A stretch of 64,000 nt of DNA from a virus. This document shows positions 16,885-25,808 of this stretch, piece after piece. The translations under genes were made by a program, and so were the position numbers. The stretch lies in the IMG/VR virus record IMGVR_UViG_3300024581_002488, positions 3,064-67,063 of that record, one strand, 5' to 3'. The first letter of the stretch is position 1, and each line of letters begins with the position of its first letter. Below the pieces are notes generated by a model. That model did not search any database. It worked only from the letters and a program-made list of their open reading frames with translations, and was not told the DNA's origin.

Positions 16885-17460
16885 ATGGCATTTGTAGTTG
16901 AAGACGGTAGCGGTTTAGACAATGCGACATCCTATATCGATGAGGCTTTCGCAGATGATTACTTCTCAGACCGTGGTAATACTGACTGGGCGACTTTGAG
17001 CTCAACAGTTAAGCAACAAGTTCTAATCAAAGCTACTGACTATATTGACAAGCGATTTGGGTTTCAGTTCAGCGGCTACCCTAACTATAAGACTCAACGC
17101 TTACAGTGGCCTCGTTATGGAGCATGTAAGCAGAATGGCTGGTGGATTAACTCTAACGGTGAGTTCTCTATCCCAAATGAGCTTAAATGGGCAACGGCTG
17201 AGTATGCGTTACAGGCTGCTCTTGCAGGTAGCTTAATTGACGGAGGTGCAACAGACGCGACAGCTTCTCCAAAGATTGGTGAAACAATTAAAGTTGGACC
17301 GGTTACAGTTTCGGAGCGATTCTCAGACAGTTCGAGCAAGGCACGAGTATCGGGTGTAGACGTTATTAGCGATTCTTCTATTCCTGAGTACCCAGCGGCG
17401 GACTTAATCATTGCGCACCTTTTAGAATCATCAAGTGAAAGCGACTTAGTCCGAGGTTAA
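16885..17460 (+). CDS. head-tail adaptor (DnaT-like family)
   Basis: MAFVVEDGSGLDNATSY...LIKATDYID...LQWPR pattern. Confidence 0.85.
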   Translation: MAFVVEDGSGLDNATSYIDEAFADDYFSDRGNTDWATLSSTVKQQVLIKATDYIDKRFGFQFSGYPNYKTQRLQWPRYGACKQNGWWINSNGEFSIPNELKWATAEYALQAALAGSLIDGGATDATASPKIGETIKVGPVTVSERFSDSSSKARVSGVDVISDSSIPEYPAADLIIAHLLESSSESDLVRG

Positions 17461-17461
17461 T

Positions 17462-17848
17462 ATGGCAAGCTTAATTGACTACCCTAAACTAGCATTAAAA
17501 GTTCAAAGAGTCATTGAAGGTACGGGCCGAGATGTGACCTTTATCCGTAATGGCGAAGCTCCGGTAGACCCAGCTAAACCTTGGCGCTCTTATGAAGAAG
17601 CTGCTGAAGAGACAGCAACGGCCAAAGCAGTTGCAGATATGGAGAAAGTAGAAGAGCTGGAGGAGAACTTCAATATCCGTACTGGCGACAAGTTCTACTA
17701 TGTCTCAACCAAGTCTCTAGGCGACGCAATAGACCTAAAGCTTTTTGATTCCGTGGTCGACGATGAAGGTCGTTATGAGATTGTTAAAGTCGAGCCAATT
17801 AAACCTGGAGCAATCAAGCTCCTATACATTGTACAAGCGAGACGATAA
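17462..17848 (+). CDS. head closure / head-tail joining protein
   Basis: Synteny; GRDVTF...YEIVKVEPIKPG...QAR. Confidence 0.75.
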   Translation: MASLIDYPKLALKVQRVIEGTGRDVTFIRNGEAPVDPAKPWRSYEEAAEETATAKAVADMEKVEELEENFNIRTGDKFYYVSTKSLGDAIDLKLFDSVVDDEGRYEIVKVEPIKPGAIKLLYIVQARR

Positions 17849-18289
17849 ATGAATATTGAACAAGCTATCGATAGCGTAAACTCGTTTTTCAAAACAGCTT
17901 GGGAAGCGCAGTCTACAGTGCCAATCAAATGGGATGAGACTCCTGACAATGTAATCCCCGGTGATAACACCTTTGTAGACCCTCAACAAGTAACGCCTTT
18001 TGTTGTAGTATCAACTGAGGTTACAGGCTCAAGCCAAGCTACATTGGGAGCTAAGTCTAACCGTCGATTCCGTCGCACTGGTTTAACTATCGTCCGAATC
18101 ATGACTCCCCAGAGACAGGGGCGTACCTTAGCGGACCAACTTGCTAATATAGTGTTCGATTCTCTGGAAGGCGAATGCACACCCGAAGGAGTTGAGCTTT
18201 TCAACTTAGTTCCTTTGGTAGGTTTTCGCGCTGGTGCTTTCCACGTGAAACAAATCAACGTTGAATTTGAATATGATGAAATTAAGTAG
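17849..18289 (+). CDS. tail terminator protein
   Basis: Synteny; RFRRTG...P...G..LADQLA..F pattern. Confidence 0.75.
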   Translation: MNIEQAIDSVNSFFKTAWEAQSTVPIKWDETPDNVIPGDNTFVDPQQVTPFVVVSTEVTGSSQATLGAKSNRRFRRTGLTIVRIMTPQRQGRTLADQLANIVFDSLEGECTPEGVELFNLVPLVGFRAGAFHVKQINVEFEYDEIK

Positions 18290-18298
18290 AGGTATAAC

Positions 18299-19768
18299 AT
18301 GTCTACAGGTGGAAACACTAAATCTTCAAACCGAGTAGGTACCCGTTACGCTGAAGAAATCGCGCTAGGCGTGGTTGACGGCTCTGCGGTATGGACTCCG
18401 GTAGAAGTAAACACTTTCGCTGACTTTGGTGCTACAGTTACCACCGTGGCTCGCGCTCCTATCAGTGCATCTCGTCAAGAGAAGAAAGGTGTGGTAGTTG
18501 ACGTGGAAGCTGCTGGCGGTTTTAACATGGACTTAACTCAGAAGAACATGTTTGACTTCCTACAAGGCTTCTTATTCGCCAACTGGACACTGAAAGCTAA
18601 CTCAGTTACCACTGGCGTAACGGCTACAGGTTTTTCAGTAGCAGACGAGTCTGCCTTCGCAGCAGGTCAACTTATCTTCTCAGGCAGTCACACAGTATCA
18701 GGCAATAACGGTCTTTTCGAAGTAACAGGCACAATCGCTGGCGAAGTCCAAGTGGCAGGTGCAGTAGTTGATGCTTCGGCTGGTACCATTAAAGTCGTAG
18801 GTGAAGTAGCAGGTACAGCCGACTTGGATGTAGATGCTACTACAGACCCACTTCGTCCACGACTAACCTCAACTGTACTAGACTTCACAACTCTAGGCGT
18901 TGAAGTAGGTGAATGGGTTTTCATCGGCGGTGACCTAGCAGCTAACCGTTTTGTTAACGCTGAGAACAACGGCTTCGCTCGTGTCTACTCAATCGCAGCT
19001 AATGAGCTTGTGTTCGATAAGACTTCAGCAACCATGGTCGATGAGACTGGTACAGGTCTTGACGTTCAACTATTCATCGGCGACTTCATTCATAATGAAG
19101 ACGACCCAGCTGATATTGTCACACACTGTTATCAGTTTGAGCGCATTCTAGACTCCGCAAACAATCAGTATGAATACCTGGTTGGTTGTGTGCCGAATGT
19201 TCTAACGGTGACTATGAACACTGCTGAAAAAGTAACTTTGGACCTAGGTTTTGTCGCTACTGATACTGACCTTGACCAAGTAGCTGCTAAAGCAGGTACC
19301 CGTCCTGACTTAGTTGAGTCTGACGCCTTTAACACATCAAGCGACTTCTCTCGTCTAACGATTGAAGGTCAAAGTGTGTCAGGTGAAGGCATCTTCTTTG
19401 AAGACTACTCGCTAGAAGTTAACAACAACGTGACTCCTGTTAAAGCGCTTAAAGTGCTAGGTAACCACGACCTTGTTGAAGGTAACTTTGTAGTGAGCGG
19501 TAACTTCACGGCTTACTTCACAACGGTAGACCTTGTAAAAGCGGTTCGTAACAACGAAGACATCCAGCTGGATTTTGCCTTTGTTAAGAACAACGCTGGC
19601 TTACTGTTTGACATCCCTCTGGCATCATTAGGTGAAGGTCGAATCACTGTAGAGAAAGATGAGCCTATCAAGGTTCCTCTAGCTCAAAACGCAGCGCGTG
19701 ACCCTTACTTAACATACACCCTTGGCGTGATGAACTATGACTACCTTCCAGCTCTAGCGGATGTGTAA
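18299..19768 (+). CDS. major tail tube protein
   Basis: 489 aa; ARAPISASRQEKKGVVVDVEAAGGF motif; synteny. Confidence 0.88.
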   Translation: MSTGGNTKSSNRVGTRYAEEIALGVVDGSAVWTPVEVNTFADFGATVTTVARAPISASRQEKKGVVVDVEAAGGFNMDLTQKNMFDFLQGFLFANWTLKANSVTTGVTATGFSVADESAFAAGQLIFSGSHTVSGNNGLFEVTGTIAGEVQVAGAVVDASAGTIKVVGEVAGTADLDVDATTDPLRPRLTSTVLDFTTLGVEVGEWVFIGGDLAANRFVNAENNGFARVYSIAANELVFDKTSATMVDETGTGLDVQLFIGDFIHNEDDPADIVTHCYQFERILDSANNQYEYLVGCVPNVLTVTMNTAEKVTLDLGFVATDTDLDQVAAKAGTRPDLVESDAFNTSSDFSRLTIEGQSVSGEGIFFEDYSLEVNNNVTPVKALKVLGNHDLVEGNFVVSGNFTAYFTTVDLVKAVRNNEDIQLDFAFVKNNAGLLFDIPLASLGEGRITVEKDEPIKVPLAQNAARDPYLTYTLGVMNYDYLPALADV

Positions 19769-19786
19769 TCATAAGCTAAAAGTTCT

Positions 19787-19808
19787 AAGGGCTCTTCGGA
19801 GCCCTTTC
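19787..19808 (+). terminator. rho-independent terminator
   Basis: AAGGGCTC-TTCG-GAGCCCTT. Confidence 0.75.
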
Positions 19809-19828
19809 TAATTTAAAGGAACAAAGAC

Positions 19829-20242
19829 ATGGTTGCTAAAAACTCTCCATATGCACAATTTCAAACTGATGAGAAGGTCGAAACCCAGGGCATCAACCTG
19901 GACTTTGGCGATTTCGCTATTCGTATTGCTCGTGCAGGTGGTTCAAACAAGAAGTACGCTAAATCCCTTATGAAGCACGTTAAGCCTTACCGTAAAGCGT
20001 TCCAAGCTGGCACACTAGACCGTAAGACTCAAAACGAAATCATGGCGAAGGTATACGCTGACTCAGTTGTTTTAGGCTGGGCAGGTGTTACCGATGCAGA
20101 AGGTAATGAAATGAAGTTCACTTGGGATAATGTAGTTAAGCTACTAACTGACCTCCCTGAGCTATTCAATCAAATTATCTCTGACGCTGAAAACTTCCGC
20201 CTATTTAAAGAAGTTGAAGCGGAAGACATCGCGGGAAACTAG
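19829..20242 (+). CDS. tail assembly chaperone (gpG-like)
   Basis: IARAGGSNKKY motif; ends at slippery G GGA AAC. Confidence 0.88.
   Translation: MVAKNSPYAQFQTDEKVETQGINLDFGDFAIRIARAGGSNKKYAKSLMKHVKPYRKAFQAGTLDRKTQNEIMAKVYADSVVLGWAGVTDAEGNEMKFTWDNVVKLLTDLPELFNQIISDAENFRLFKEVEAEDIAGN
20233..20239 (+). other. -1 programmed ribosomal frameshift site GGGAAAC
   Basis: X XXY YYZ heptamer just before TAG; the -1 frame is open into ORF 20299..20571. Confidence 0.9.
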
Positions 20243-20571
20243 CAGAGGTCATTTGGTTCCAGAAGAAGCATGGTGCGTCAGCTCAGAAGATTATTCGGAT
20301 GGCGCAGAATAGAGGTGAGAAACTACCTGCCTTTATTTTGAACGCACCAGAGCTGTCAGAGTTTGATGTACCCTACTTTGATGCTTATGTAGCTTTAGAT
20401 GGAACACGTGCTAACGGATTTGGCGCGGGTTCCATTCCTTGGTATGCTATCATACAATATGGAAACTACCTTGAACTGGACCCAGAAGACCTCGAAGACT
20501 TTATAGAAGTAATTACTCTCACTGATAACTTTGTGCTTAAGAAGGTCCAAGAAGAACAGGATGCAAAATGA
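20233..20571 (+). CDS. tail chaperone frameshift extension (gpT-like)
   Basis: -1 frame reads KLAEVIWFQKKHG...MAQNRGEKLP...GFGAGSIPWYAI. Confidence 0.82.
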   Translation, partial: GKLAEVIWFQKKHGASAQKIIRMAQNRGEKLPAFILNAPELSEFDVPYFDAYVALDGTRANGFGAGSIPWYAIIQYGNYLELDPEDLEDFIEVITLTDNFVLKKVQEEQDAK

Positions 20572-21044
20572 TGGCTATTCCGTTTGAAGACCTACCAAAG
20601 ACAATTTTAGAATGGGAGAAGAACTTCGAGAAAACCTCCCTAGCCGCTCGTAAAAAGAGCGGCTCTACTTTTTTAGATTCCGTGGTCGATGGGACTCCCC
20701 AAGACACTGGTGAAACTGTTTCAAACTGGCAAGTAGGCGCTGGTGACATTCCACCTTCAGGAATCATTCCTCCATACTTCAAAGGCGTTAAAGGCAGTGC
20801 TCGCGGCGCGAATAAGACTGCTACTAAATCCATTGGTAAGAATACAATCCGAAGACTACGAAGAAACGAAGGCCTATTCATTGTGAACAACTCGCCTGTA
20901 ATGGCGTTGTTGGAAGCTGGTTTATCCACACAGGCCCCGCGTGGTAATATAATTGCCACTGCAGTAGCTCGAGCTCTGAGAGAGTATCGGGAAATTAATA
21001 GCTGGTTGGATGGAACATCTAACCGAATCGATTCGGATGTATAA
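20568..21044 (+). CDS. tail completion / neck protein (HK97 gp10-like)
   Basis: GTPQDTGETVSNWQV...LEAGLSTQAPRG motif. Confidence 0.75.
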   Translation: MMAIPFEDLPKTILEWEKNFEKTSLAARKKSGSTFLDSVVDGTPQDTGETVSNWQVGAGDIPPSGIIPPYFKGVKGSARGANKTATKSIGKNTIRRLRRNEGLFIVNNSPVMALLEAGLSTQAPRGNIIATAVARALREYREINSWLDGTSNRIDSDV

Positions 21045-21046
21045 TC

Positions 21047-23674
21047 ATGGCAAGAGAAGACGTCATTCTTAATTTTATCACTCGAGGTGCGCGAACCGTA
21101 TCGCGCAACTTGGGTGATATTCGTACCCAGTCGGTACGAGCAAGTCGCTCTGTCGGTAACTTAGACCGTGCACTTTCAGCACTCGGTGGTTTTCTGACTA
21201 TCCGAGCGCTTCAACAATACGCCGATACCTTTACACTGTTACAAAACCGTCTACGCCTGGTAACTGAAGGCACTGCGGAACTTAACACTGTGACAGAAGA
21301 ACTATTTGGTATCTCCCAAAGAACATTCACCCGTTTAGAAGATACTGGTACCCTCTACGCCCGTCTAGCCCGTTCCGTTTCTGAGTTGAACATCACTCAA
21401 CGTGAATTGCTGGATATTACTGAGTCTATTAACCAGGCAACAGCATTGTCATCACCAACTATTCAGGCTGCCAACGCCGGTCTCGTACAGTTAGCTCAGG
21501 CTATCGGTTCCGACCGTTTAGGCGGTGACGAATTACGTTCTATCCTAGAGAACATTCCACGTGTTGGTCAAGCTGTAGCAGATGGTTTAGGAGTTCCATT
21601 CCAGAAACTTCGTGAATTAGGTGCGCAAGGCCGATTAACGGCTCAATCAGTATTAGAGGCCTTACAGTCTCAGATTGCAACGGTAGATGCAGAATTCCAG
21701 AAATTTATTCCATCTATCTCATTTGCATTGACTCAGTTAGATAACGCCTTCTTACGCTTTATCGGTCGAACTGACCAAGCAGCTGGCGCATCGCGGGCCA
21801 TCTCGCAAGCTATCACCTTCTTAGCTGATAACTTTGATGCTTTAGCCAAAGCCGTCTTAGCGGCAGGTGCAGTATTAGGTGCAGGGGCAATTGCTGGCGC
21901 GATTGGACAAATTGCGGCAGCTGCTCGAGGCTTAACGGTTGCATTAGGCGCTCTTATTCCTGTTCTTGTTGCTAACCCTATCGGTGCATTCGTTGCAGTG
22001 TTAGGTGCGGCAGTAGCAGGCCTCGTTGCATTCCAAGATAAGATTCGCCCCTTTGAGAATGACATCATCACACTAGGTGATACATTCAGCGCAGTCGGCT
22101 CCTTAATTGAAGAAGACTTTGGAAGTGTATTCCCATCAGTAGGTGATTTCATTGATGCAGCAGGCGATAAGTTTGCTAGCTTAATTGAGACAGTAACTAC
22201 AACAGGCCGAGCTATCCTGGAATTCTTAATCGGATGGCAGAACAACATCATTGGCTTCTGGGTAGGCTCATTCAATGCTACTCAGTTAATCTTTGAACGC
22301 GGCTTTGATGCTTTAATTGATATTGTCAAGACGGACATTACTGAGCTAGGTAATACCTTAATCACGGGTGTTGAAGCGTCTATTAATGCCGTTGCAGACT
22401 TACTTGACCTTGATGACCTACGAGTAAGCGTTCCTCGCTTTGAATTCGATGAGGATGCGAGACGTAACGCACGTCAGTTCTCTGCTGAATTTAACGGAAT
22501 CATCTTTGAAGCCTTTAATACTGACTTTGTAGGCGATGCAGTCAATGGCGTGCTGACTCCACTTGACGACCTGGTGACACGAATCAAAAACCGTGCTGCT
22601 GAAATCGCATTGGCTCGTGAAGCATTAGAGCTGCAAGGTCAAGATGCTCTTAACCGTAAATTAGGCGTAGGCTCAGAAGATGTTGACACTGATGGTTTAG
22701 AAAAGCTTAAGCAGTCAGGTGAATCTACTGCGGACGTGATTAAAGACCTAATCCGTGAAAACGCTATCTTAGCACAACAGTTAACATTGACTACTGATGA
22801 AGCTACTGACTTTGCAAGGGCTCAAAACATTATCAACCGCCAGCTTGACAACGGTCGTGAAGTGACAGCCTCCCAGGCTCAACAAATCCGCGAGTTGGTC
22901 ACACAGCAGCGTGAATTTACAGATACACTGGGCGAACAGCAACGTTTACTGGCAGAGCTGAATGGCGCTCAGGATCAGTACAGCTTAAGCGTACGAGCTG
23001 CGGATAACTTACTGGCTCAAAGTTTGATTACTCTAACTGAATATAATAGTATTCTAAGAGATGTTAAACTTAACCTACTTGACGCCTCAACAACAGGCGT
23101 TGACGGTTTTGAACGTGGCATCCTACGACTAGAAGATAGCCTAACGAACTTTGCAGAAACTGCAGAGAACTTCGTTGGCGGTACCTTCCGCAGTCTAGAA
23201 GACGCTTTTGTTGAGTTCACCCAGACTGGTAAATTGAGCTTCTCAAGCTTAGTTGATTCTATCCTGGCTGACTTAACTCGAATCGCCTTCCGTGACTCAA
23301 TCGCCCAACTATTCGGTTTAGGCGGAGGAGCAGTAGGCAGCGGCGGCGGTGCATTTGAAGGTATTCTTTCAGGCATCGGCAGCCTATTTGGTGGCTTACC
23401 TGGTTTTGCACGAGGCGGCAGCTTCGACGTTGACTCTGGTTCGGCCATTGGTAATGTAGGTGGCACAGATAACCGTCTAATCGCGTTCAGAGCGCGTGAT
23501 GGTGAGAATGTGACAGTAACTCCTCCTGGCGAAAGCAAATCAGGCGGTGAGACAGTCAACAACTTTAACTTTAACATCAATACGCCTGACGCAGACAGCT
23601 TCGGTCGCTCGCAGCCACAGCTTATGGCTCGTGCTTCAGCCGCAGCGCGTCGTGCATCAACGAGGAATAATTAA
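21047..23674 (+). CDS. tape measure protein
   Basis: N-terminal tape-measure domain (QLAQAIGSDRLGGDELRSILEN), Ala/Gly-rich, C-terminal GFARGG...NFNINTPD. Confidence 0.95.
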   Translation: MAREDVILNFITRGARTVSRNLGDIRTQSVRASRSVGNLDRALSALGGFLTIRALQQYADTFTLLQNRLRLVTEGTAELNTVTEELFGISQRTFTRLEDTGTLYARLARSVSELNITQRELLDITESINQATALSSPTIQAANAGLVQLAQAIGSDRLGGDELRSILENIPRVGQAVADGLGVPFQKLRELGAQGRLTAQSVLEALQSQIATVDAEFQKFIPSISFALTQLDNAFLRFIGRTDQAAGASRAISQAITFLADNFDALAKAVLAAGAVLGAGAIAGAIGQIAAAARGLTVALGALIPVLVANPIGAFVAVLGAAVAGLVAFQDKIRPFENDIITLGDTFSAVGSLIEEDFGSVFPSVGDFIDAAGDKFASLIETVTTTGRAILEFLIGWQNNIIGFWVGSFNATQLIFERGFDALIDIVKTDITELGNTLITGVEASINAVADLLDLDDLRVSVPRFEFDEDARRNARQFSAEFNGIIFEAFNTDFVGDAVNGVLTPLDDLVTRIKNRAAEIALAREALELQGQDALNRKLGVGSEDVDTDGLEKLKQSGESTADVIKDLIRENAILAQQLTLTTDEATDFARAQNIINRQLDNGREVTASQAQQIRELVTQQREFTDTLGEQQRLLAELNGAQDQYSLSVRAADNLLAQSLITLTEYNSILRDVKLNLLDASTTGVDGFERGILRLEDSLTNFAETAENFVGGTFRSLEDAFVEFTQTGKLSFSSLVDSILADLTRIAFRDSIAQLFGLGGGAVGSGGGAFEGILSGIGSLFGGLPGFARGGSFDVDSGSAIGNVGGTDNRLIAFRARDGENVTVTPPGESKSGGETVNNFNFNINTPDADSFGRSQPQLMARASAAARRASTRNN

Positions 23675-24300
23675 TGGCTAACCCATTTGTTGAAGAACGC
23701 CTACCTGATGAGGTAGAGCGAAATGCTGTCGGTGGACCTGGTTTTAAGACGATTATCACGCCTTTACAGTCAGGTCACGAGCAACGAAACATCCAGTGGT
23801 CACAGTCTAGAGCAAAGTGGGATATTGGTTACGGCCTATCCCACTTGAATCCTGGTAAGTCGCAATCCTATCTTAACTTAGTGATTGCGTTCTTCTATGC
23901 TCGACGAGGAAGAGCAGTCGGCTTCCGCTTTAAAGACTGGACGGACTTTGAGCTTAACGACCAACTAATTGGCGTAGGTGATGGTTCGACCTCTGCATAT
24001 CAGATTGTTAAAGTCTACAATGAAGCAGCGGTAAGTTATACTCGCATCCTAAGTAAGATTGTAGATAGCTCTGAGACAGTCACTATTAACGACGTCCCAA
24101 CAGCTGCCTACACAATTGACTATAATACTGGCATTATTACTTTAGATAGCCCACTAGCTCTAAATGACCTTCTGCGTGTTACCTGTGAGTTTGACGTGCC
24201 AGTCCGTTTTGACACCGATGAACTTGACATTACTGCTGTCACCAGTGAAGCAGGCTTCATCGGGTCAATCCCAATTATTGAGGTTCGCCAAGATGCCTAA
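23674..24300 (+). CDS. distal tail protein (DUF2460, RcGTA g12-like)
   Basis: SGHEQRNIQW...FFYARRGRAVGFRFKDWTD...FDVPVRFDTD. Confidence 0.92.
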   Translation: MANPFVEERLPDEVERNAVGGPGFKTIITPLQSGHEQRNIQWSQSRAKWDIGYGLSHLNPGKSQSYLNLVIAFFYARRGRAVGFRFKDWTDFELNDQLIGVGDGSTSAYQIVKVYNEAAVSYTRILSKIVDSSETVTINDVPTAAYTIDYNTGIITLDSPLALNDLLRVTCEFDVPVRFDTDELDITAVTSEAGFIGSIPIIEVRQDA

Positions 24301-25378
24301 GACTATCTCAGCGCCAATGCAGACGCACATTGAGTCAGAAGTAACTTCTCTGGCTACTTGTTGGAATTTAGTTCTGCGAGATGGCTCTACTATCCGTGTC
24401 ACCGACCATGACACGGATATTACTTTTGGAGGTAATACCTATCTTGCTTCCATTGGTGTCACTCGCTCAGCTGTCCAAGACCGTTCGGATATGTCAGTTG
24501 ATAACATGGAGCTAGCTGGTATTATCGATAGCTCTGTAATCACTGACGAAGACATCCGAGCAGGTCGATATGACTATGCTGATGTAGAATGTTTCCTTGT
24601 CAACCATGAAGACCCAGATGCCTTTGGAGATATTAAGCTTCGTAAAGGCACAATCGGTGAAGTCCAAGCTAACCCAATTATTGGCACTTATACTGCAGAG
24701 TTCCGTGGTCTATTAGACCGCTTTGCTCAAAATACTATGAATGTGTACCAGAATGAGTGTCGAGTTGACTTGGGCAGTACAAAGTGCGGCGTAATTTTAG
24801 AAGCTCCTGAGATTGAACGCGTTACTGTTTATGCAGTAGGCGATGTAGTATCAGTGGCAACAGATGGAGCATTCACAGATGGACGAAAATATGAAGGTCG
24901 GCAGTATGTTTGCACTGTTGCTGGTACCACCGACGCTGTTGAACCCGCTTTTGATACCGTTATTGGTAATCCTACTGTTGACGGAACCGCTACTTTCACC
25001 TGCGAGTATAGTTTTACTCAGTACGTTACCGTGGATACTGTAATCAATAACCGCTCATTTACTATCACAGCTCCTGAGAATGATTCTATTGCTGTTGATA
25101 ATTGGTTCAAGTATGGACGTTTAACGCTACTGACTGGGCTTAATTCATTTAAAGCCTACCAGGTCAAAGCATATACTCAATCTTCGAAGCTTGTGGAGTT
25201 GTTAATCGCATTGCCATATACACCGAGTTTTGGGGATGTAATCAAAATCCAAGCAGGGTGCGGTAAAACCATCCAGACCTACTGTCGCGACAAGTTCAAC
25301 AACGTTGTAAACTTCAGAGGTGAGCCGTTCATCCCTGGTTCTAACCAATTCTTGCGTTATCCAGACGCTAAGGGCTAA
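24293..25378 (+). CDS. tail hub protein (BR0599 / RcGTA g13-like)
   Basis: TDHDTDI...AGCGKT..CRDKFNNVVNFRGEPFIPG; ATG 24293. Confidence 0.92.
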   Translation: MPKTISAPMQTHIESEVTSLATCWNLVLRDGSTIRVTDHDTDITFGGNTYLASIGVTRSAVQDRSDMSVDNMELAGIIDSSVITDEDIRAGRYDYADVECFLVNHEDPDAFGDIKLRKGTIGEVQANPIIGTYTAEFRGLLDRFAQNTMNVYQNECRVDLGSTKCGVILEAPEIERVTVYAVGDVVSVATDGAFTDGRKYEGRQYVCTVAGTTDAVEPAFDTVIGNPTVDGTATFTCEYSFTQYVTVDTVINNRSFTITAPENDSIAVDNWFKYGRLTLLTGLNSFKAYQVKAYTQSSKLVELLIALPYTPSFGDVIKIQAGCGKTIQTYCRDKFNNVVNFRGEPFIPGSNQFLRYPDAKG

Positions 25379-25380
25379 TT

Positions 25381-25806
25381 ATGGAACTCAAAGACCAAAT
25401 CGTTGAGGTTGCTAAAACCTTTCAGGGTGCTAAATGGGTGCACCAAGGTCGCAGTAAGACCCGCATGGATTGTGCGGGTCTTATTGTAAATGTAGGTACG
25501 GTTTTAGACTTACTGCCTGCTGATTTTGTTGACTATACCAACTATCGCCGTCACCCAGATGGATTCCGCTTCAAACAGATGTTTGAGAAGTACGCGGTTC
25601 CAGTCAACCGTGGTCAAATGCAGAATGGTGATATTCTCATCTTTGGTGAAGGTCGCTACGGCTATCACTGTGGCATACTCTTCATTGAGAATGAGACATT
25701 ATATATGGTTCATAGCTATTACGAGCGCGGCAAAGTCGTAATTGAGGAGATTACTCCAAAATGGCGCAAAGTGCTCAAAAACGTTTATAGATACCAAGGG
25801 GTATAA
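25381..25806 (+). CDS. NlpC/P60 tail peptidase (RcGTA g14-like)
   Basis: WVHQGRS...DCAGL...HCGI...VHS catalytic motifs. Confidence 0.92.
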   Translation: MELKDQIVEVAKTFQGAKWVHQGRSKTRMDCAGLIVNVGTVLDLLPADFVDYTNYRRHPDGFRFKQMFEKYAVPVNRGQMQNGDILIFGEGRYGYHCGILFIENETLYMVHSYYERGKVVIEEITPKWRKVLKNVYRYQGV

Positions 25807-25808
25807 GC

